DNA of 64,000 bases from Amoebophrya sp. A120. Taxonomy: Eukaryota; Protista; Dinoflagellata. The position numbers were made by a program, and so were the translations under genes. Positions 10,901 to 22,900 of this stretch are shown one piece after another. The notes beneath the pieces are model-generated. The model made no database searches and was not told the DNA's origin. It was given only the letters and a program-made list of their open reading frames with translations. Numbering within the stretch: position 1 is the stretch's first letter; each line of letters begins with the position of its first letter. The stretch lies in NCBI GenBank assembly GCA_905178155.1, contig CAJINV010000003.1, positions 6,629,612 through 6,693,611 on the forward strand. Reading direction: 5' to 3'.

Positions 10901-13900
10901 GAAGTGCTTGATATGCGGTTTATGTTCTACAACATATTGAGAGAAAAAATCCATCCTCCCCATATTGATAAGGTATGTTTCCGAAAATTTGTGTTGCTGA
11001 TTTGTGGCCACAAATCCTGTCTGTCTTGCTAGAGGACAAATCCAGGCTCTCTGCAACGCGATGCAGGCGATTTGTAATGCTGTAAGGACTACAGGACAGC
11101 CGTGCACCATGCTAGGCGCCTACACCAAAAGGGCCCCATCTAGGCTTGCGATCTGCGTGCCGTCCTCTACTGCAAGACGGATCTGATTTGTGTACGCAGA
11201 TCCTCCATCACAGATTTCCTTTTCGATATGGGGAGGGGGGATTTTTCCTATTGATACAACAGCACGGGTGCGGCGCCAGATGTGTCTAAGTGGAACACCT
11301 CCGTGACGCAAAATATGCGGTCGATGTTCGCCTATACGACGAAGGCCAACCCCGACGTATCCAAGTGGGACATCACCGCGGTCACCAACATGGATTTCAT
11401 GTTCCAGCACGCAGAATACGCGGACTCGCCGGTGAAAAACTGGAACCAAAAATTTGGCCCAGCTTTGAAAAGGATGCGGTCGCTGTTCCAGGGCACCCTG
11501 CGGGCCGACCCCAACGTGACGGGGTGGAACTTGTCCGGCGTCACCGACCTCGGCGAGATGTTCGAAAACTCGGTGAAAGCAAATCCCAACGTGACTTTAT
11601 GGGACGTGGGGAAGGTGAAAAACATGACCCGGATGTTTGCCGAGTCGCATGCCGCGGACCCCGACTGCACAGAGTGGGACGTCAGTTCGGTTACAACGTT
11701 CAAGGAAATGTTTTTCGGGAGTAGAAATGCGACGTTGGAGGGGGCAACCAGGAAATGGAAGTTCAGAGAGTCGGCGCTTGCCTACGACCGGTTGCGAAAG
11801 GTCCGGCAGCGCCGTGTCCTGGGTAGTAGTTCGAGAGCAGACGAGTCGGACGGCTCTTCTGGTGATGTGCAAAGAAGGACGTCGGCAGCTACACGGGGAG
11901 GAAAGAACAGCGGCGAAATCTTCACGACCGACACAACTTCTTCTCCGCTTCAGCCACTCGACCGCGATCAACATGCGGACAAGGAATCACTTGCTGCCGA
12001 CCGCAACAGATGGATCGACGCTGAGACCAAGTACAGAAAAGTGAACCGGCAAAACTTGACGAGCCGCCACTCGGACGCTGCCGCCGCACGGATCGCAGCG
12101 GCAGGCGGCGAGCCGCACGTGAAGCGCGGCATTCTTGCGTGGTTTCTGCACAACATCTCCGTTGCGCAAAACTTCAGCCACCTGGTTTACCAACTACAGG
12201 AGTTCAATGTGAGCAAAGTGTTGGCGCAGTTCCACGAAGAGGACGAGGGCGGCACGACTGGGCTCTCTCGGCGCCCTCGCGCACGAATACGCAACAAGCT
12301 CAACAGTGTAGTGCCGGCAGAGGGGGAAGATGAGGAGGACGACGGTCCGGCCGAGGAAGGCAAGCGCCTCCTCTTCTCCCCTGCACCTGCTAGGACATCA
12401 ACATTTGAAGAAGATGAAAGTGATTTCTACTACGGAGCCGAAGGCTACGGAGCCGAAGTGGACAACTTCTTTGCGGAAGAAGTGATGCCTCGAGTTTCCA
12501 GCGGAAACCCTACACTGGACCGGTTGCGGGAGAGATTTTCTCCCCTCCCCGCCATCCGGCGGTTTCTGGGCAGCTTCGCCAACGCGTACTACCCACTGGA
12601 CAACGAGGTTGAGTACGGCCCTCCCGGAACGGTGCCGGACTTTGTGGATTCGTTTTCGCCGGCGGAGTACGATGTGGAATTCATCGACATGGAGAGTATG
12701 TTCAGCCACAGCCACAAAGCGAACCCGGACACCACCTACTGGAACATGCAGTGGGTCCGCAATTTGAAGAACATGTTCTCGTTCAGCCACTTTGCGAACC
12801 CCAACGTGGCCTACTGGAACACGCGCGGCGCGACGGACCTGAGCCACATGTTCGAGAGCGCGCGGCGCGCGAATCCCTGCTCCCTGTATTGGAACACGCT
12901 GAACGTCCGGAACTACAGCTTTTTCCTCGCGAACGCCAGCTGCAGTGGCAATCTGGTCGACTCGGGGAACTTGCCGCTGCAGGAACCAGGTTTCCGCACC
13001 AGCATGCTGGCCCGGATGGACAAGCGGCTCATCGACGTGCTCGTCGACGGCAAGCTGGACGCCAGGGGGGAGCGCGTACAAACGTACGATCCCGGGGAGG
13101 AGCTGTTTTCGGGTATCGTGAACATCACGGACAGCATGACGGAGAACATGACGCAGTGCCTATCAGAATGAAAAATGCCCCCACCCTCGAACTTGAAAGC
13201 ATTTGTATTGCAAACCTTTCCAAATGAAACATTCGCCCTCTTGCACCTATCAGCATCACAGGTTTGTAATCGTGAATAGCGAAAATTTGTATTGCAAAAG
13301 ACCCCAGCAAGAGCGGCGTTTGTCATGCAAGCGATGCGATACACGACTAGACTCTGCATCAGAAAGATTCATACTCCTTTCATGCATGACAAAAAGTTTT
13401 CATTTGGAAACTTCGCATCACAAATTTTTGCAATTTGAGGGGTGGGGGGCACTTTTCACTGCAATAGTGCCTGCGGATCAACTCTGTGAACGGGAGTTTT
13501 TTCCCCTATCCGCCCGACCACCTTGGTTGTCCGGAGTTCAATATCGAATGCAAATATGTCTGGGTCTGGAAGGATGCAACTTGTGATGCGCATTTCACAA
13601 CACTCAAAAACCTCTCATGCATAGGTAGCAAAAGCTGCCCACTTTCTGTCACCAAAGTGGGGGACTTGTCATGCTGATTCGGCATTGCGGAAGCTTCTCG
13701 AAACCTGTGATGCTAGACCTTCCATGCCAGACCTTCTGTGTCATGCAAAAACAGCATGACTCTTCCAGACCCAGACACTTTTACATTTGATATTCAAGGC
13801 GATTCCCTTCGAGTACTTGGACTTCTATCAGTTCCCGGCGCCCATTCCGGCGGCCGGGTGGATGGCACTGTATCTTGCCTTCCTGCTCCTTTTCATCTGC

Positions 13901-16900
13901 GGCAAGCGATCCTTCTTAGTGTACAAGGACTGGGAGCTCAACGCCAGCGCGAAGGTCAAAGACCTCAAACAGGGGGCAGAAGATGGGGCACTAGCAGGAG
14001 GTCGTGATCTTCCGGGAGTAGATGCAACAACTTCTCCGGGAGTAGCCGGTGGGAACGAGGAGAAGGGGACCGACGGAGCGAAGGTTGAAGACCACAGGAA
14101 CGAGCAGGCGAGAAGTATTAGTAGTCCAAAGGCCAAGAACAGGAGTACGACAACATCTACTTCGCCTGCTGTTCGATCTTCCCCGGCGCATCGTGGTCTG
14201 CCCGTCACCCCTATCAAATGCAAAAATGTCTGGGTCTGGAAGGATGCAACTTGTGACGCATGTTGCGCATCATCCAAAAATCTGTGTTGCGTGACTTGCA
14301 AAAGGTGCTCATTTCTGGCCATGCTGAGGGGCATTTCTCATGCAGAACAGGCATCACAAAGGGGCTGCAGATCCTGTGATGCTAGGCCCTGCATTCCAGA
14401 CTTGGTGGAGCTTGGAAAAACTGCATGACAAATCTCGGTAGCGCAGTCTGTTAAGCATGACAAATCTCGGAATCTTCCAGACCCAGACATTTTTACATTT
14501 GATAACCCCCACGAAGTCCGACGCCGGGAGGAGTTCGGTGATGTCGATTGACAGTACAGGCTTCACGATGGGGCAAATAGGTTTGCCGCCAAAAGTGCCC
14601 TTTTTGGAAACCGATCCGACCCGGGAGTACATCACGTACCAGATCATTGTGCCCCTTTACCGCATATGGGACGCAAATATAATGTCTGGGTCTGGAAACC
14701 TGTGACGCAAGGAAGGGACGAATAGTGAGCACACTGTATCTATGATGCGCTGCCAAGCATGACAAATTTTTCGGTGCTTCTGAGTTGCGTACTCCGCATG
14801 AGAAATTGCGTTTTTGCATGACGGCCAAGAGGAGCTCTTCGCGGCCGCGCAATACAAATTTCCGAGTCATGCCAGACTAGCATGACACACAGGTCCTCTC
14901 GCAATCTCCCAGACCCAGACATATTTGCATTTAATGCCGCAGAATCAGACACGGGGAGAAGCTGAACTGGTGGAAAGATAAAGAACCCGACGAGGAGGAA
15001 AAAGTTGGCACGACACCAGCAGATGACGAGAAGGATGAAAAGCGAGACAAAATAGCTGAAATCACGGAGCCGATTCCCGGCCAGGACGAGGCGGAAGGTA
15101 ATCCGGACCAGGATGTTGATCCGAATGCACCCCCTCGGCTTGATCAGTTCTTCGACGGGCGGTCGAGCACGGGCGCGGCGGAGTCCGTCGCGACGGAGTC
15201 GGTATTTGACGACCGGTCGTCCGTCTACACCTCCAAGTTCGACGACCAGACTATGGCGTTCTCAACTGTTACACTCTCAACTGTTACATGGATTTGTGAT
15301 GCAAGAATGGCAAAAGTCAAAGCAGGGAGGTTGCACCTGTAGCAATACAAATTCCCGCCGATTTTTCAGGCGCTGTTTAACCTTTCCAAAATTTGTCATG
15401 CGAAGTAGCTTCACTTTGTGAATGTTGATGCTCGTTTTGCATTACAAATTATGTAACAGTTGAGAACGCCATACAGACGCCGCGATCCCTGCACTCCCTG
15501 AAGTACACACCGCGCGTGCCCCCGCCCACACTCGACGCCATCCTGGACACGCACCGCTCGTACGCCTCGCACGCGTCGGGGGCAAGTCGCCAGAGTCGTG
15601 CCAGCTCGCAGTTCACCGACCACGACACGGCGACGGAGGACGGCCGGAGCGAAGCGGGGGCCAGCTCCACGGCGAGCCGAAACTGGCAGCGCCTATCAAG
15701 TGTAAAAATGTCTGGGTCTGGAAGATTGCCAGGTTTGTCATGCATATTTTGCATAACCCATGATGTCTGTAATGCCTGGCCGACCATCACAGATTTTTAA
15801 GGGGCCTTCTGATGCGTATTCCGCATCAGAAATGTGCGCTCCGCGTAGCACAAACTGAACTCCTCTTGCTGGTCATGCAATACAGATTTTTTTTACCTTC
15901 CAAAGACAGCATGACAAGTTGCATTCTTCCAGACCCAGACATTTTTACATTTGATAGCGCCTCGCGTCCTACGATTTGGGAAAGGACCACATGTCAGAGC
16001 TGGGGAAGCGAGTGAAAAAACGCACCCTGATATCGTATTTAAAAACGTCCCCACACCAGAGTCAAGATGGGAAATCTGCTAGACAAATCAGCCAGCTTTG
16101 GTCATTTGGCATGACAAATTTCTCCTCGTAGTGTAATCCTCATCCTGTTTAGGTATTTCAGCAGCATCACAGATCTAGCATATCATGCAGATTATAGCAT
16201 CACAAATTCCAAAAGACGACGAGAAAATGCCTCTCATGGCGCTCCACATGACAAACTTTTTTGGCATGCAGATTTGCATCACAACTTTTGTGTGGGGACG
16301 TTTTTACTCAGGATACCTGAACCGGGGCGCGACCGGAACCATCGGCGACGAAGATGCGGACGAAGGAGCGGACCGGCCCTCGAAGGGCCGCGGCACCAAG
16401 CATTTGGGCGGATCGACGTCGGGGGAGGAGGACGAGGACCGTGGTCCTGGGGGGCGATCTCGCTCGGCAAAAGGTCGGCTGCAGCGGGCAGCGGACGTGA
16501 CCAAGGCCGCGCGGAGGTTGCGCAGCGGCGGTCTAGCACAAGATGAAGAGGACGATGAGGGAAATAAGGAGAGCAAAAGATCTTCCAAGGACCAGTACCG
16601 GCGGTTGAGCGACAAAGGGCAGGAGGTTTTGAGACTGACGAAAGCTGCAAAGGGGTTTGGCAGCAGCAGTCGGGCCAGCGGGGACAGGGATCGGTCCTCG
16701 GACGAGGAGGACACGAAGGGAAAAAGCTCTAAGGACCGCCTAAAGCGACTCAGCGACAAAGGGCAGGAGGTTTTGAGGTTGACGAAAGCTGCAAAGGGGT
16801 TTGGCAGCAGCAGTCGGGCCAGCGGGGACAGGGATCGCTCGTCGGACGAGGAGGACACGAAGGGAAAAAGTTCTAAGGACCGCCTGAAGCGACTGAGCGA

Positions 16901-19900
16901 CAAGGGCAGCAGTCCGGAAAGAGGTAAAAGAAAGCGCGACTCAACATCTGATGACGATGATCATCATGAGAGGAAACGAGACAAGGAAAAGAGCAGATCT
17001 TCGTCCTCGAAGCACCGATCTCCCTCGCCCCACAACACCAAACGACGCAGCAGCAGCGAAGATGTTGGCGAACATTCGGACGGCACACCGAGAGAGGACC
17101 ACCGACGCAGCGAGGAGGATGCGGAAATATTAAAGGCTAATGCACGAAAAGACAAAAGAGCAGAAAAGGATAAAAGGAGCAAGCCACAAGAGCGGAAAAC
17201 CAAATCCATCCTGCGAAAGGACCACAGCGACAAGAAGGACAAGGACGAGAAGGACATTCTCGACCACAAAGTCGGAAAGCGCACCATCGCGTTTGACGAA
17301 GACGTGGACGAAGAAGCATTTCTGCAGGACATCGACGTGGAGCAGGGTCTCGTGTCGACCTTGAATGTCGAATACTTTAAAAAAGAGGACGAGCTGAAAG
17401 AAAAGTACAAGAAGAAGCAGGAGGAGCGGAAACAACGCTACGAGGAGAAAATGCGGGAAAAGCAGCTGCAAAAGGGGAAGGGCAAGGAGCGCGCCGGCTT
17501 TCTCGGAAATTTGCTGGTGTCCGACTTTTCTCTGCCCGCGTTCCCCTCTACGGCTGGCAAGGGGGCGGTGTCGGACGGGGAGCAGTTGGATCTGGTTGGC
17601 GCTGATGGCAAGAAGAAGAAGCGGCGGTTCATATCCTCAGTAAAAACGTCACCGCGACGACCCCATGATAGTCAAGATGCGAGCTTTGGAATTTTGGCTG
17701 TTACTTATGCCTGACAGGTTCGGGCGCGCAGTGTGGTCGCGTTTAGCTACTGCCGCCGCGTGACAAATCATTCAATCATCTTGCTCTACAACTTCTATCT
17801 TTCTGCGTAGCGCGACAAATTCCAAAACACACTAATGAAGTGCCTCTCATGGGGCTGCGCATGAAAAGCACTTTAGTAAAGCGTGCTGATTTGAAATTGC
17901 ATGCAGGCCGTGCAGGCAGGTACTTAATACGCATGACAAAAAAAGAATGGTTTTACCACCACGGGACGTTTTTCCACAGGATGGTTCATCTGGGACATGC
18001 CTCCGTTGCCCGAGGGCCTTGACGCGGAGGAAATTTACCAGCTCGAGCGCGAGTTCGCAGTCCAGTTGGTCGGCGCCGCGACGTTCAAGGCTATGGTGGA
18101 GGTGGACCCGATATCAAATGCAAAAATGTCTGGGTCTGGAAAAGTGGAACTTGTAATGCGTGTCTTGCGTTCGTGGAAAATCTGTGTTGCATGAGCAGCA
18201 AAAGAGGGGCTTCCTTCGTCATGCAAAAACGCAATGTGTAATGCGTGCTAGGCATCAACAGGCGTCTGAAAAACTTGTGATGCTTGGCTGCCATTGCACG
18301 CACTTGAATCATGCGCAACTCAGCATCACAGGTTTCCAGACCCAGACACTTTTGCATTTGATACCCGAACCACGCTCGGTCGGACCGCGCACGCAAATTC
18401 GCGGAGAAGCGGATCATCGCGGCGCTGAAGCGCGGTGATCGGCCGGCGACTATTGAAAGGAAAAACTCCCCCTTCCTCATATCGAAAACGAAATTTGTGA
18501 TGCTGTATTTGAGTACACAAGTCGACTTGTATTGCTAGAAGGAAAAGAGGCGCAGTTCGTTGCGGCCTCGTTTGCAGGCAACTTGTCATGCTGTTTCCCG
18601 TTTGTTCCAATTGCTTCGTGTCACGCTGAAGACGCAAGACTTTCTGTTTCTCACGCGGCCAGGCAGCACTACAATCCGCATCTGTTCAAAGCTGATTTGT
18701 GAGTACATCACAGATTGTTTCCGTTTTGATATATGAAAAGGGGGGATTTTTCCTTTCGATAGCGACGAGCCAGCAGGAGGCCGACAAAAAGGCGTTCGAC
18801 GACCAGGTGCGCGCACTGGAAGCAAAGGGAAAGGGCGGCGGGAAAGGCATGATCACGCTGCCCGGCCGGAAGCGGGCCTACCGCCGCTTGTCGTCCCTGA
18901 CCGCGGAGGAGATGCAGGCGGCCCAGCGGGGCGACCGCAGCTTTTTTCAAACGTTGCCCTCCGGCGACGTGGTGTCCGTTGCGGGGGTATGGATCGCAAA
19001 AGTGTCTGGGTCTGGAAGAGTGATGCTGTTTTTGCATGACGACAGAAGGTCTGGCATGGAAGCTCTAGCATCACAGGTTTCGAGAAGCGTTCGCAATGCC
19101 GAATCCGCATGACCAATCCCCCACTTTGGTGACAGAAAGTGGGCAACTTTTGCTGCCTATGCGTGAGAGATTTCCCTGTGTTCTGAAATGCGCATCACAA
19201 GTTTGTGTTCCTTCAGACCCAGACATATTTGCAATGCATAGGGGGACGACCGCTCCGAGTCGGACGGCGAGTCCCTGGCCTCCAGCCGGTCCAGTGCGTC
19301 CCAAGTGAGTCGCCGGAGCGGGTCCGCGCCCGCCGAGACGACCCGGAGTCGGGGCGGCACGGAAGAGGTGGTGGGCGTCGACTCCATGGGCAATCTCGTC
19401 TACGCGCGGGACCGCCGCGAGGCAGAGGCACGGCGGAAGTCGAAGCAAAAAAAGCGCCGGAGTGCGGGCGCGGACACGGACATGGGGGAGCACGTCGTCA
19501 ATTACACAACCTCAAGCCCGGACAAGGAGAAGGACGCGACGACGGACCTGTATCAAAAGTAAAAATGTCTGGGTCTGGAAACTTGTGATGCTGGGTGGCG
19601 TCTCATGATGAGGCTACAAATGCTGGCTCAGCATGACAAGTTTCTGAGCTCCTAGGTGTTGCCTATTCTGCATGACAAACTGCGCTTCTGCATCACAGAA
19701 AAGCGGGGCTCTTGGGTAACGTGCATGACAGATTTAAGAGTCATGCCAGACAAGCATGACCAACATGAATTCTTCCAGACCCAGACACTTTTACATTTGA
19801 TAACCTGGTGCTACCACCCATGCCCGGCTTGGAGCGGAAGAAAAAAGTGGCAAGTGAACAAAAGGCAGGAGGATCCACCTCCTCGTCGCCCACGACACGC

Positions 19901-22900
19901 AGCGACAAGCCGGTGCCGGACGGTCGTATGTCGAAAGTGATTCGCCACGAGGACGACGCTGCGGACGACGAGGACATTGCGCAGCCCCCGCAGCTGGGGG
20001 GCCTTGGACTGGACCCGGAGGAAGTCGTGGCCATCGTCCCGAGGTCCGCGCGCTCGCAAGTTTCGACGAGTTCGCGACGGTCCAAGCGCAGCAGCGACGG
20101 GGGCCCAAGGAGGGGCCAGTACACTCTGGACACGATTTCCGAGATGCCGGTCGACGAAGAGGAGGACGTATCAAATGTAAAAATGTCTGGGTCTGGAAGA
20201 ATGCAACCTGTGATGCTGCATTTGGATTCCAAAAAAATCTGTATTGCATGAGTACCAAAGGGAATGCAATTTTTGCCACGCTGAGAAGGCATTTGTCATG
20301 CGGAATAGGCATCAAGAAGCCCTCAAAAAATCTGTATTGCTAGCGTATGCATCACAGACATCATGGCTCATGCAAAACGTGCATGACAAGTGTCAGAATC
20401 TTCCAGACCCGGACATTTTTACAGTTGATAGGACGCGAAGTCGGAAGCGACGGTCGACGAAGACACTGCAAGTAGCCTGAGGAAGAACTACTCCGTGGTC
20501 GTCCCCACGACGACCCCCCAGTCAAGATGGGAATTATATTGCGAACCAAGTCCAAGTCCTAGACAAGACTTGTGATAAGACTCACGCATGAAGACAAATG
20601 TAGTTGCTGCGCAGTGTAGTCGGACCTAGCTAGGCTCGTCCTGGAAGCATCATAAGTCCACTCTATGATTTTTGGGGTTAAAAAGTATTCGCGCACTTTT
20701 AGAGATTCCACCCAAAGATGAACATCACCACTAGGCCAGGCCTCTCGTCAACATGGAGAGCCGCATAGAAACAAAACATCCACGGTACTTATGCGCATTT
20801 GCATCACGACTGTATCTATTGGGGTGGGGTTGGGGACGTTGTCACTCAGGATAGCGGGCTCCTTCGGAGTCTCAGACAGCGAGGAGTCGGACGTAGACGG
20901 CTTCTGGAACACGGTCACTTCGCCCTCGAAAATGACCGCGAAACTTCGCCGAAGCATGAGCCTCCGGAGCCAGAGCAGTGAGGAGCTCGTGCAGGAGCGG
21001 GCGCCCCCTACTTCACCAGCTGCAGGAGAAGACGATGACAAGGCCAACGCGAACAACATGAAAGATGTTGACACGAAAAAAAAGAACGAGGGCAGCAGAG
21101 GAAGTGATGAAACTTCTCCTGGCGCGCCGGGGACCACGGGGCCGATCGGAGACAAGGACGAAAAGGCAAGTAAAGCGGAAACAGAGCATATTACAGTGAA
21201 AAATGCCCCCACCCCCAAAGTTGCGATAATTTGTGATGCGACGTTTCCAAATGAAAACTTTTTGTCATGCATGAAAGGAGTATGTGTATGAATATGAAAA
21301 TGATAACGAGTCTCTCTGATGCAGAGTCTAGGCGTGTATCGCATCGCTTGCATGACAAGCGCCGCACTTGCTTGGGTCCTTTGCAATACAAATCTTTGCT
21401 ATTCACGATTGGAAGCCTGTGATGCTGATAGATGCAAGAGGGCGAATGTTTCATCTGGACGAAAGGTTTGCAATACAAATGCTTCCAAGTTGGGGGGTGG
21501 GGGCATTTTTCATTGTAATAGAGCAAACCGCCGCAGATGATAACTCAAAAAAAGATGAGCAGACAAAGCCGAAAAAAAGCCTCAAAGAGAAGCTCATTGG
21601 AGCGAAGAACTTCGCTGGCTTCTACTTGGTGAAAATACCGGGCGTGCTAATTGTCAAGGGGATTCTGCAAGACGCGGGTTTGTGGCCGTCCGATGAAGAT
21701 GCTGTCAAGAAACCAAGGAAGCTGAAAGACCTCGCGTCTCGGGATTTGTCCCTTTCGACACTCTCACCCAGATACTTCTTGGACCGAATGGACACCATGA
21801 AGCTGCTGGTTGCCCTTTGGTTTTCCTTCCGCGTCGTGTACTTTGCCATGTTCCCGCTCAACTTCCAATTTATCAGCACCTTTTTCGAGCCAATCTACAT
21901 CAAGAATTACTGGGACTTCGACTGGGACATCATCCCTCCCGAATACCTCTTCGTTCCCGAGAACTACGTCGAGGGCGACCCCAGCAAGCGCCAGACCGCC
22001 CGAGTCTACTACTTCCTTGCGTGTATGGCCATGAACTTCAGCGGTCTCTATTTCCCGGTCGTGTGCGGCCTGCGCGCGATCATGGACTTGCTTCTGATCA
22101 CCTGCATCGCTCAGGAAACCGGGAACGCAAACGTGGAGCTCTCCGGCTACAAGCGCAAGTTCTCCAGTCTAACCTATCAGACGGAAATAAAAGCGCCTCA
22201 CGTCGTCCAGAAGTGCGGAACAACGGTTGTGCAAAAATAAAGAATCAATCATCTACGTGACCCCTGCACCTCTTTCGTCGCAGAAATGACGCGCGCTGTG
22301 CCACTTTGCAAGAACTACACAGACTTTCATCAATATCAATCCAGGAATTACAATTTGTCTATGATATTAGACAAATAACTGCAACATGCAAGTCAGCGTT
22401 TCCATTTTAGAAGAGAAGCGTTGCGAAAATACGAAAAGATTGCCTTTCCATTTCTAGGGGCGCTTTTCATTTCGATATAAAAGACGCGAAACGCGCAGAG
22501 CGCGAGGGAAAATCAGCGGAAGCAAATGAGGACGAGGAAGTATGGCAGGAAAATGACTGATACCTCGCAGTGTTGCTAACCCTAAAGAAAAGCGCAGCCA
22601 CTCTTCACGCGGCTTCGCACATGCGTGCGATTTTTGTGATGGAAAATAAAGTCAGTGCGCCAGCACCAGTGCCCAAAGTCACTTCATCACAGCCCACGGA
22701 GTTAGCTGTTTTTGGTAGCGTTTTGCGATGCCAAAAAGTAAGAACAGTCGAACCAGCATAAGCATTTTTTTAGCGAATTCCCGCAACAGACTGGGGTCTT
22801 GTTTCTTACTAGAGGTAATACTAATTAAATGGAGCCTGCGAATAAAATCATTTTTCTACCTTCCTTCCTTCCATACTAGGACGACAAGAAAGGTGGCGGC

